DNA of 64,000 bases from Podospora anserina (lineage: Eukaryota), in contig CM030332.1 in the NCBI GenBank assembly GCA_017654855.1, positions 2,604,001-2,668,000 of the forward strand, in the 5' to 3' direction. Below the pieces are notes generated by a model that saw nothing but the letters and a program-made list of their open reading frames with translations, made no database searches and was not told the origin of the DNA. The position numbers and the translations under genes were made by a program. This document shows, piece by piece, positions 25,986 through 37,402 of the stretch. Position 1 is the stretch's first letter. Each line of letters opens with the position of its first letter.

Positions 25986-27049
25986 TTAATACTCCCCAGG
26001 TGCACCGTTGTGACCTGGCTGAGCTCCGTAGATGTTGTAGCCTTGGGCATCAGCGCCCTCTGGCTGGCCTCCGAGATCACCACCGGCAAAGCCGCCGCCA
26101 GGATTCGACTGGCCTGGCGCACCGTAACCCTGGCTGTTTGGTCTGTTTTGTTGGCCGTCGCGGTTTGATGTCGACTGCTGCTGTGGTTGAAAAAAGGCAC
26201 GGTAAGTAACGGCTCACACTGCAATCAAGTGGCTCTCGAGCAGGAAACCCACCTCTCTGTACTTGGACAAGTAAATCTTGAGTGCTTCGGCGTAGTTCTC
26301 AAACCCAAGAGACGTCATGGCAAACAGAATATCCTCGCCGTTCACCGTCTTCCTTTTCTCTTGGTGGCACTTTTCCGAAGCTGTGTGTGATAGGTCAGTT
26401 CCAACTGAACTGAACCACATCCTCATGTATGTCTCATGGACCGGTGGCAGGCTTACCCTCGCTTGTAATGAACGAGATGAACTCGCTAACGCACTCTTGC
26501 ATGCACTCCTTCGCCTCCTTGGCTATTTTGGCATTCTCGGGGAGCGCATTCTTCATGATGCGGGCGACTGGCGCAAAGTTTCGTATGTTAGCATCGTATA
26601 TATCAGCCTTGTCCGTCTTGGACGACGACGAGGAGGCGCGAGGCGCTTCGGGCGACTCGGGCGGCGAATCGCTAGACATATAGCCGTCGGGGGGGAGGAG
26701 GGACGGCTGTCTCTGATAGGCAGGGCAGAAGCGACGCCAGTCAAGGAGGGGATCCTGTCGCCATGCAAGCGTGCGAAGCTTGAATGGGAGAGGTCCACGA
26801 CAAGCGCAACATGCGAATCATGGCGAAGGGGGGGAGGGGAAGCAGCAGAGAAGCTCAGAGAAGCAGCTTCGAAGGAAATATTGACTTACCATTGGCTATG
26901 GGTAACCATCTGTCTTGCTCTTTAACATCAAACTCATAGGCGTGGCCGCTCGAGAGTGGGTCCTGAGGGTCGTTCATTTGTGCTTCGTCCTCGGGTGACG
27001 GTGCACCATGTTCAACGTCCTTTGAATTGGATTGGGGGGAGTCGGACAT
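25986..27049 (-). CDS. HAP3: CCAAT-binding complex subunit HapC/Hap3 (NF-YB)
   Basis: [52 protein letters not shown]...[30 protein letters not shown]; first intron 26568-26889; stop TAA at 25986-25988. Confidence 0.97.
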
Positions 27050-27840
27050 ATTTGGCTACCTGCAGCGGCTGCTGACTTCTTGTAAATTCCTTGGACTGCC
27101 AGCTCGCACAGGTGGAATAGAGTAAGGTGATGTGTCGTTGGACACGTTGCAGGGTGGTAAGGCAAGAGACCCTCTCGGCTTGCGGCTTAACCTGCAACAG
27201 ACTTGCGTCAAGCGGTACCTCTCCGCGCGTCACCCTAGGCCAGGCTTACTTCCTACAGGTTTTCCCTGCCCGATCTTCAGGCTGTAACGGAAGCCTGGGA
27301 GGCGGGGGAGCGCTGTCGAGACGGTGGTGGGGTGGAGGCAAAGGAGCAGGACGGGGGAAGGGGGGCAAAGAGGGGGTGAGGCGGGGGGGCTATGACCAGA
27401 TGACAGCCGGCAACAGGAGCCCGGGATGATACTGAGAGCAAGCCCGAGTGAAGGGAAAACGGCGTCGGCCGGAGACGGCGGCAGACGGACACAAGGATGG
27501 GATAGGTTTTCCTGGCGGGTCCTACCAAGAAACGGCCCTCTCTCCTCTAGCGCAAGTCGCAGTTGGATGGAGCCTTCTGCACAGGAAGCTGCCGTGATGT
27601 AGGCAGAGTGCTAGGCTTTCCGTGTGGCCGGGTTTGACTACAGATGTTCCCCGTGGTGGTGGTGCGCGCAGGCAGTGTCTCTCTGTGCTATGTGCTATGG
27701 AGTCGCGGTTACACCAAACGGCGATGCGATGGCAGTGGTTGGCTGCTGCGGTGTCGGCACCGGACAGGATAGATTGTTGCGTGCCTCGTGGGATGAGTGC
27801 TTCTGCAGAGTCGCGTTAGAAAGCGGTGCGTGCCCGGGGG

Positions 27841-27873
27841 GGAGAGGAGGAGAGGAGAGGAGAGGAGAGGAGA
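27841..27873. repeat. (GGAGA)n pentanucleotide polypurine repeat
   Basis: ggagaggaggagaggagaggagaggagaggaga. Confidence 0.85.
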
Positions 27874-28464
27874 GTGGATGGACGAGGGCGAAGGCTTCGG
27901 TGACGGGACGCGATGCGCTGCACTGCGCTGCGATGCCATGCCATGCCATGCGAACACGGGGTACGGATAGATACGTACCCAAGGTTGCGCCGTGATACTT
28001 GCTGCTGTCTACTAATTAACCGGGGCTGTTTGCAACTAGCTCGGGGGCGCGGTGGTTTCCTAATGGTGGTGTCTGAGTTGGCTGTAGGGTCGAGAAGTCT
28101 TCGCCTTGGGTACGGTGATGCATGGAAAACTGGATGCAAGAGGGCTGCAGCACGCGTGGGGTTCGGTTGTGGGAGGAACAACCTGAAGGTCGGGTGAAAA
28201 GAGGGAATGTGGAATGCGGGTGAGGCGGGTCCTCCAAGCGAGAGCCACCCCGGTCAGCCCCAACACCCCCAGCACCATGACAACAAGCTCCATCGCCAAG
28301 AAGCCGCCATTATCAACCACACGTCTGCCAAACGCCCGCCCGCAGCAACAAGTACCGGCTCTCTACTCTCTGTTGTTGATAGAGATACAGAATACTAATC
28401 TCTTTGCAATATGCTCGTGTTCGGTCCGCGGGATGTAGGGATTCAATACGACCTATGTACTGCA

Positions 28465-28488
28465 GCAAGCAAGCAAGCAAGCAAGCAA
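28465..28488. repeat. (GCAA)6 tetranucleotide microsatellite
   Basis: Read directly. Confidence 0.9.
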
Positions 28489-29692
28489 TAGTCCTGCCGC
28501 AACACAGACTTGTTGCTGCTGCTCCATTTCCCACTTTCCCAGCCCGTCAAGAGCGGTGAAAATCAGTAGTGTAGTCCATGTGCTCATCCTGGAGCTGATG
28601 GGACCCAGGCCGCATAGTTCCTTGGTTTTCCCAATCCCATCACAAATACACTCACATCTCTCGGTCAAAGATCTGTAACATGCGGTCATGCCGTGGGTTC
28701 TACTGTCGCCAAGGGTTCTCTTGGCGCAGCGTGGGTTGGAAGATCAGGGTGTGGTGTACGCTCCCAGCTCTTGATTCGACAATGGCTGTTGTCACAAGTA
28801 AACACCCAGGCAGGAACGGAACGGGGGGGACGACGGGAGCCTGATGGGGCCGAGATGGCGGCTTTGGGCCGAAAGGCTGGGTTGACGTTGTGAGACTGCG
28901 AATGACTGGCCTGTATTTCTCCGGCCGTCCTGGAAGCAACACCGGAATCCTCAGCGAGGCTGGGAACTTCATTAGTGGTCCAAAATGAATGATTTGTGAG
29001 CCAATAACAGTCCAGAGTTTCAACTGGCGCATTTCATTGGAAGGAAATGTTTGTTTTAGAACTGTGAGTATCCTTATTGGCCAGCACAAAAGATGACAAG
29101 CCGTGACATGATTAATCTCGAGGGGGGCTGGGTGGACTGACAATCACCACCGCAACATAGAAAACGCTGGTGTGTCAGATCATACTTCCGTTTCGAAGGA
29201 TGACGGCCACACCTGCTCTAGACAGACAAGTTTAAGCAGGTTTGGGCATGGCTGTGTGAATATTGACATATATGCTGGCCCACCCAGGTCGAGTAGTTGA
29301 GCCCCACACCATCAACGCTGATGCCAATCCCATCGCAGCCCAACCGTTTCTCAAGGCTCCCCGCAGCGCCGGTTGGGCAGCCCAAACCCACCCCCGCCAC
29401 GGGGCTGCAGTCCCGAGAGCAAAGGCATTTGTACAACTCATCACCACACCCTCCGGGGAACATGAAGTTTGATGTTTAGGGTGTCATCAAGCTGTGGTCA
29501 TATTGCTTTTTTTTTTGATCAATATGATCTCACAAGGCTCTTGAGGTGTCTTGACAGAGGGGCGACCTCAGGAGCTTGCCATTGCGTGCCGTGTCGTCAA
29601 GCCCTTCATCCTTCGAGGACTCCTGATGACATGGCAGGTTCCTGGTGTTTATACGACTACACGGTAGTCCTTTACCTCATCACTTGAGTGAC

Positions 29693-30270
29693 TCATGACT
29701 GTACCACTTGGACGTTGTTCTTTTTCTGTTAGGAGGTTAGCGAGAGTGATCATATGAGACTTCATTGAATTCACATACCTTCCACTTCTCTAGCTCATCT
29801 TGTTTGGTCTTGTACTGCTTGACCAAGTCGTCCAATACCTTCTTCAACCCCTCCGCGTTTGTTTGCAGCGCAGGGATCACATCCTTGACGGTCCGTTCCA
29901 CCAGCACTCCGTTGATCATGCGAAAGCACTTGCGATCCTCTGGGAGTGGTTGCAAAGTTTCGAGAACAAGTCTATATTCAGGGTGTTGGGTATTAGTGAC
30001 TAAGCGGTGAGGACATCGTTTGAAGCGGTGTGGTGATGTGACGCAGGTCCCGAAATAGATCGCCAGAGAAAAAGTTCTCACTTGTGTTCTTCAGCTTCTT
30101 GCTCGACATCACCGATTTTCTGCGCAATTTGCTGCAGGGTGTTCTTGTAAGTGCTGTACTGAACTTGGAGGTCTGGCAGGAGTTGAGTCAGTTGCCATTC
30201 TTAGCTTATGGTAGATTCAAGGCCTGAACTTGCCTTGTTGCCTCTTGGCTGGAGCTGCTTGTGTCGCCAT
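29693..30270 (-). CDS. GIM4: Prefoldin subunit 2
   Basis: Spliced MATQAAPAKRQQ|DLQVQYSTYKNTLQQIAQKIGDVEQEAEEHK|LVLETL...RKCFRMINGVLVERTVKDVIPAL...WK|KKNNVQVVQS; first intron 30173-30233 has a GC donor. Confidence 0.94.
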
Positions 30271-30568
30271 GATGAAGTCGGGATCTGAATATCACAGCTT
30301 CGGAGCCAAATTTTTGATATTGGATGCGGTTGAGAAGTCGAGACGGGTGATTGGGAGATCGACTGCCGTATGAGATCCATGCAATCGATCCTGGAGCCTG
30401 GGCCCGCTTGAACTCCAAGGCAGATCCACTGACAAATGGCCCGAGCTTTCAAACCTTGAATTGATTTAGAAAGACATCCAGAAATCGACGCTGGCTTCTC
30501 AACTACATCGTACAAGCACACTTCATTGGCGCAAACGAAGGACTATTACAGCACAAACAACAGCCACA

Positions 30569-30870
30569 ATGCATCCTCTTCTCCATACCAAAGACAACGT
30601 CGGTAGGTTCTCCTGATCTAGCGTCATTTTCCATCTTGGCTGAAGCGTCTTTCCCTCGCAGCGTGCAAAGACTTGATGATCGCACTCGAACAATGCCATA
30701 TGCGGGGCTTCCTTTGGAAATCCATGGGCATGTGCAATGACGCCAAGGAGGAGCTCTCTGCCTGCCTGAGGGCAGAACGGTGGAAGACTCAGAGCTTCAA
30801 CCGAAGTGGTGTTGCCAACAAAAAGGACAAGATTCGGCAAGCCTGGAAGGACGTCGACGAAAACTCATAA
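30569..30870 (+). CDS. CMC2: Twin CX9C COX assembly mitochondrial protein Cmc2
   Basis: MHPLLHTKDNV|ACKDLMIALEQCHMRGFLWKSMGMCNDAKEELSACLRAER; intron 30603-30661; two CX9C motifs. Confidence 0.9.
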
Positions 30871-31149
30871 ACTCGAGAGCAAATCGACCCTCGAACCGAA
30901 TGACAGTCACAGGCTCCCGACCGTCGATTTGAGAACAAGAACTGCGGCACCCACCAGCCCCAGCTCCGGAGGGAACACATCGCATCACAAGCGTTAGAGA
31001 TACGGACCATTGTGCGATACGAACAACACTTGCGGTCTGTATAACATGGCTATAGAAGGACACTCTCCACACAAGAAATCGGGTTGTACATAAGGTTATT
31101 CTTGTTATTTTTGGCACGCCTTTCCGACTACCCCTTTTCAACCCCCTTT

Positions 31150-31582
31150 TTACAAAGTGCGACGGAACGCGTCACCGAAAGTAATCAAGCCGTATGTCGC
31201 AAAGAGCGACAACATGACGGGAACGGGCTTCCGGAGTCTGATCGCACGAGGAATCGAAGCGCCGCCGAGGACGACGGAAGCTAGGAGAGCGAGCTCCAAG
31301 CCCAAGGGCTGGCCGTTCTGGAGGCGGTAACCACCAAGACCATCTGGGCATTACGGCGTCAGCAACCGGTTGCCTTGCCAGGCTGAAGAAACAATCAACT
31401 TACACAAAAGACCGACAGCAGTGCCCGCGGCAACGCTAGGGACAGATTTTGTCTTGACGTATCCGATGGTGCCGCCGACAGCTGTCAAAGCCGAGAGAAC
31501 GTAGGCGGGAAACTCGAGACCCTACCGACCCAGTCAACAAATGCGCAAGGCCGCAGATTATTCCACACAATGTCCGTACCAT
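31150..31582 (-). CDS. TMEM14-family small membrane protein (absent from the ORF track)
   Basis: Exons 31582-31580 (ATG only), 31521-31404, 31343-31150 give MGLEFPAYVLSALTAVGGTIGYVKTKSVPSVAAGTAVGLLYGLGGYRLQNGQPLGLELALLASVVLGGASIPRAIRLRKPVPVMLSLFATYGLITFGDAFRRTL; GG.IGY.K..S.PS..AG signature. Confidence 0.9.
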
Positions 31583-32095
31583 CTTTTGTGATTTTTGGAT
31601 GATGTATTTGTTGTGACTGGTGCTGTGTCGTTTGTTTTATGTGTCGCTATTCAGAAGGCTTCGGAACTCTTGGGAAGTCCGCCGCATCCATGGAAGCTGT
31701 CCAGAGTTGACGGAACGAGCCGAGGCCAGAGAGGTGGGGCGCTCCAAGCTTCCATTTCGTCATGCTGAAAGGGACTTGTTTTCCGCTTGGGTTTGCGTTA
31801 CAGCCGAGGTAGCCCTTAACAATTATTGAAATCTCGAAACCAAGAACGGTGCTTTGCTCTGCTCTGCGATCAATTCTGAAGTTCGAACATCAAGATTAAT
31901 TCCCCTCTGTCTACTCTTCTTTTTGAGTTTTTCTATATCAGACCGATATATAGTCCGTCAGTTTCCCAAAACGGCAGAGGGTGCGAACAAGACATCTACA
32001 AGTTACCCCACAAAGACAGAAATCTTTTTTCAAACCACCATCGGCTAAACTTCAATACTACTTCCGCATACAAACTCCAACAAATCATCCCAATA

Positions 32096-32179
32096 GGTCC
32101 GCTGGCGTAATGGCAGCGCGTCTGACTACGATTCCATCAGTTAATCAGGAGGTTCCAGGTTCGACCCCTGGGCGGATCG
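32096..32179 (+). tRNA. tRNA-Arg(ACG) with ~12-nt intron
   Basis: Acceptor stem GGTCCGC/GCGGATC, anticodon arm TCTGA-CT-ACG-A, T-arm CCAGGTTCGACCCCTGG, followed by TTTTT. Confidence 0.95.
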
Positions 32180-32877
32180 ATTTTTGTGGTTTTTGATCTT
32201 CCACACCAAATCACTCTATGGACAGACTTATTCACCCTTGAATTTCATTTTGCCAGTCGAGAACACAGCTTGGACTACTACGTTGGTGGATGAATTGTAC
32301 CTCACATGTTTCAGAGAAGAAAAGTAAACATGGTGGTGGCAGTAGTAGTAAAGTAGAATAGCTAACTGCCTAAAATCATCTCGCTCGTTATATTCTTAAT
32401 TGTTTCTCGTTTCTTGCCTGTTGTCGTCATCGACATTTCTTTCCTCCCTAGCTATATAACATCCCCTCCCTCCACCCACCTCCCTCACCATATCCTCATC
32501 CTAACACCAAGAAGATTTCCAAGCAAGTCAACACACCTATACCTCCACATACATTATCCGTTCAAAGCACACAGACATTCATGCACCAACACACACACCA
32601 AAGAACATTTTCTACTAGCCAAAAAAATCGTGTTTGTGAGGGGAGGTATCACATGCAACAAAACAAAAACAATGAAACACAAGTAACAAGCAAGCCAATA
32701 TGAGGAAGCAAAACTAAAAGCGCACGCAACAAAACCAAACACAGAAAAATGGAACTACATAAAAAAACAAAAAAGACATGAAACCCCCGATTCCAGAAAA
32801 ACCCCTTTCAACCCCTTTCAAAAACAAAAAATGTGCCCCAATGTTACCCAAAACCATGAGATACCGAAAGCCCAAAA

Positions 32878-32878
<1 letters not shown>

Positions 32879-32909
<31 letters not shown>
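32879..32909. repeat. (CA)15 microsatellite in the 3' flank of NIK1
   Basis: Read directly. Confidence 0.95.
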
Positions 32910-32912
<3 letters not shown>

Positions 32913-33136
32913 TACCTACTCAGCCCCCACATCAACCCCCACATCACCCCCCAACCCCCCCCTTCCCTCCCTTGGCCCTTTGTTTGCTTTTTTCCCCTTC
33001 ACAAATACCTCATGCTCGCCCTGAAAGACAAATAGCTAGAGTATACCGCTCTTTGCTCCTCAAAAAAATCGATGGAAAAAGTGCCTCAAAACATATTGAA
33101 AATGAAACCCCCAGAATCCAAACCCATCAAAAAACA

Positions 33137-36100
33137 CTACTTCTGCCCCCTAGGCGCAGTAGTGCTATGATGGTGAATATTCGGCTCCGACAGACTAGTA
33201 CTTGACCTCCCAACCCCTCCCTTCAAGGGGTCCTCCGCATCAGCAGTGACAATGCTCGGGCTCTCCAGTCCCGCCGTCAGCGCCTCCGAGGCCGTCATCC
33301 CCCTCGTTGCCGCCAGGCTCGGCCTCACATGAGAAGCAGCCGAGATCGCCGCCGCCGCCGCAGCGCCCGCGTTGCTGCTGGCATTCTGCTGGTACGCATT
33401 CAGCGCGGCATTGTCCCTCCGACCCCCCGTCACCGCGTCCGCCGCCCTGGCGAGCTCCCGCTCTCTGTTCTTCTCCAGGAGCTGGCCGCCGAGCGTGGCG
33501 CACTTGAGGATGGTCTGGATGAGGTGGTTTTGCTGGAGGGGCTTGGAGAGGTACTCGTCCATCTGGGCCTGGATGCACTTTTCTCTGTCGCCCATCATGG
33601 CGTGCGCCGTCAGGGCGATGATGGGGGTGCGCTGGCTGCCTAGGCTGCGCTCGTACTCGCGGATCTTGGATGTGGCTTCGAATCCACCCTGTTGTAAATC
33701 GTTAGCTAGAGTCTCCACAAACGTTGCGAGTTGAAAAGGGGCGACATACCATGATAGGCATCTGAACATCCATCAAGATGACATCAAACTTCTTCCTCTT
33801 GACAGCCTCAACAGCTTCCTCGCCGTTCCCAACCACGGTAACCACATGATGGTACTTCTCCAGGATCTTGACCGCAAGCCTCTGGTTGACCGTGTTGTCT
33901 TCCGCCAACAGAATCTCGAACGAGCGGGTGTTATCCGCCAGCGAGGGTGTCGCGCGGTTTTCCAAGGCAGGCACCATGCCGTTGCCGAGATCAATCAGCT
34001 GGCATGGCGTGGTCATGTACGACGTGATGCCCAGATCAAGGCAGGACTTGAGCGAAACATGAACCACAGGGGCCAAGAGCACAATGGGCAGGTACTTGAA
34101 GTCGTCGACCGCTCTCAACCTGCGAGCGTCCTCGATCGAGTCAACAATGATGACATCGTATGGCGAATTTTGCTGAGTCCGAGCCTTCTCCAGCGCGGGG
34201 CTCTTCTCCGAGTCGACAACGATAGGCACGAGGCTCAGCTCCTTGAGCATCCTGATAATCTCGGATCCGTGACCGGTCCTGCCCTTGTCGATAAACAGTA
34301 CCTGGTGGCCCTTGTAGGGGGTAAGTTGCTTCGCAATGAGCGAAACATCATCGTTGGCGAGACGGACAACGCACGTGAAGTAGAACTTGCTGCCCTTGCC
34401 GTACTCGCTCTTGACCCACACGTCGCCGCCCATCAGGTTGACCAGTCTCTTGGAAATGGAGAGACCCAATCCGGTACCGCCAAACTTGCGTGTCATGGAG
34501 CCGTCGGCCTGCTGGAACGTGTCGAAAATGAGATCAAGCTTGTCCGCCGGAATACCTATTCCCGTATCGGACACGATGAACTCAATGGCGTACTCGTAGG
34601 GCGCACACTGGACGTGAGACGCCTTCTGAATGGTCAAGCTGACTTCGCCATGCTCGGTGAACTTGATGGCGTTGCCCACCAGGTTCAGGATGATCTGGCG
34701 CAACCTGAACGAGTCACCCACCACGTGGTCTGGCACCGAGTTATTGACTCGGTACGTGAGATCTAGGAACTTCTCGTTTGCCTTAACAGCGAGAGTCTTG
34801 AGCGCATTGAAGACAGTTCCACGCAGCGTGTAGGGAATTTCCTCGATAACCATTCTCCTAGCTTCGATCTTGGACAGATCCAAGATGTCATCGATGATGG
34901 TCAACAGGCTGTTGGCCAGCGAGTTGACAATGTTGAGCATCTCCCTTTGATACTGAGTGAGGTCGGTATCGAGAGTGAGCTGTGTCATACCGATGATGCC
35001 GTTCATTGGGGTCCGTATCTCGTGGGACATGTTGGCAAGGAATTCGGATTTGGTCTTGTTGGCCAACTCGGCTGCCTCTCTGGCCTGCGTGTTCCTCTGG
35101 ATACTGTCTCTCAAGTTGTACACCATCTGGTTAATCTTCTTCTTGAGCTCGTCCATTTCACCGGACGCTTCAACTTCAACTAGCTTGGTGAAATCCCCGT
35201 CCGTTGCGGCATTGGTGATGTCACCAAATGCTCGTACTTGAGCCGTCTGTTTGGGCCAGTCAGCAGGAATTTTCACCAAAACGGCATATTTGATAACGTA
35301 CCAAGTTGTTGGCCATGGTGTTGACGTCGGTAGTAATTTCCTTCCATCTTCCCTTCAGGCCAGCAACATCGGCCTGTCCACCCATGATACCGTCGACACC
35401 GACGTCCTTGGCGACCCTTTGCACTTCGTTACAGAATATCGAAAGCCGGTCAACCATGTTGTTAATGGTTTCCTTCAGAATGAGTATCTCGCCCTTGGCT
35501 TCGACGTCGATCTTCCGGCTCATGTCTCCATTGGCAATGGCTTGTGTGACAGTTGAAATCCCTCTGACCTATATCGGTTGTCAGCATGAAGTAGCCAGTT
35601 GAAAAAGGAGTCGGGGACATACCTGTGATGTAAGGTTTCTGGCCATAGTGTTTACGTTTTCAGTGAGGTCTTTCCATTTGCCCTCTACGTTGTCGACCTG
35701 AGCCTGACCGCCGAGTGTACCATCCGTGCCGACCTCTCTGGCCACCTTGCTGACCTCAAACGCGAATGTTCCTAAGCGGTCCACCATGGTGTTGATGGTG
35801 TTCTTCAAATCCAAAATTTCACCCTGCACCTCGACCCCAATCTTCTTGGTAAGGTCACCCCGAGCGACGGCCGTAGTGACCTTTGCTATTTCTCGCACCT
35901 GCGTTGTTAGATTCATAGCCATACCGTTGACGTTTTCCGTAAGATCTCTCCAAGTGCCCTGAACATCATGTACCGTTGCTTGTCCGCCAAGTCGCCCTTC
36001 GGTTCCGACTTCCCTGGCAATCTTGGTAACTTCCCGTGCGAATTGTTGGAGCTGGTCCACCATAGAGTTGATCGTTTTCTTCAGTTCAAAGATTTCTCCG

Positions 36101-37402
36101 CGGCACTCAGCCTGCACCTTTTGCGTCAAATCACCCTTTGCGACAGCCGTGGTAACCTTGATGATATCTCGCACTTGTGTAGTCAGATTGTTGGCCATGG
36201 CATTCACGTTGACAGTCAGTTCGTTCCACATGCCCTGTACCCCTTCGACATCAGCCTGGCCGCCCAGGATACCTTCGGTTCCGACGTCTCTGGCGACGCG
36301 TGTGACTTCAGAGGCAAAAGTCCGCAGTTGGTCTACCATGGTGTTGATCGTTTGTTGCAGCTGTAGAATTTCTCCCTTGGCGGGGCGTTCAATTTTCTTG
36401 GTGAGATCACCATGGGCTACGGCGGTGGTAACAGAGGCGATTTCACGCACTATTATGCGAAGTGTTAGCGCTGCCGAGTCGATGCTTTACCTACATAATA
36501 GGGGGGATTCGTACCTTGATCAGTGAGGTTTTGAGCCATGACGTTCACTAGCAAAGAGTCAGTATGTCTGAGCGCTTATCAGAAACATGCATTACCGTGC
36601 CAGCAAACATACCGTTATCAGTAAGTTCTTTCCAAGTTCCATCAACACCCTCGATTTGAGCCTGGCCACCGAGGATACCCTCGGTACCGACTTCACGGGC
36701 GACCCGAGACACTTCGCTGGAGAAGACTTGCAGTTGATCCATCATGGTGTTGATGGTACGCTTGAAAGTGGTAATTTCGGGGTCCATTTCAACACTGTTC
36801 ATCCGCACCTTCTTGGAAAGATCACCGCGGGCGACAGCCGTCACGATTTCACCAATCTCACGCAGGGCCTTTTGGAAGGCCTCGTTGGCCTTTTGATGCT
36901 TCCATAGCTCGCGTTCCAGAGTGGCGACCCTTTCCTGCTCGATAATGGCAAGGGCCCTCTCCTGGAGCTGCTTCTGCTCGAGAAGCTGGGCATTTACGCC
37001 ATCCAGCTCCTGGCGCTGGCTGTCGAGAAGCTTGGACTGATCGTCAACATGCTCCCTCAAACCTTCGAGAGCCTCGTCGAGGAGCTCATCTCGCGGTAGC
37101 GGAGCAGCATATCCAGAATTCCCAGCCCTTGCTCTTTCGTCCGACAGAGAGAGATGGCCATTTCCGTCAGGGGTGTCGGGAAGCAGGCTCGAGGTGGTCG
37201 TATTGGCACGGGCCTGAAGATGCTGGACACGGAGAACCAGCGCAGCAAGTTCGAGCTCGAGTTCGAGCTTTTCAGAAGTATCAGCGCCAGGAATGTTGAA
37301 GCGAGTGTTGACGCGGAGATTCAAGAGAGGCGGCGTGGTCGGATCGGTCGCGAGACTTTTCAGAATAGCAGTCACAGCTGCTAGCGATGATTCGCCACTC
37401 AT
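33137..37402 (-). CDS. NIK1: Group III hybrid histidine kinase Nik1/Os-1 (tandem HAMP repeats, HisKA, HATPase, receiver)
   Basis: Repeated [18 protein letters not shown] units; H-box [38 protein letters not shown]; receiver ILLAEDN...[10 protein letters not shown]; includes a 33-nt exon 36515-36547. Confidence 0.98.

Noticed and set aside
31390..31620. Apparent long-range stem (CACAAAAGA / TCTTTTGTG) suggesting a structured ncRNA such as RNase P
   Set aside because: The region is fully explained by the spliced TMEM14 gene, and RNase P/MRP conserved regions are not convincingly present
35260..36850. Tandem ~276-nt sequence repeats
   Set aside because: These are the known HAMP repeats of Nik1, not a DNA repeat array or CRISPR
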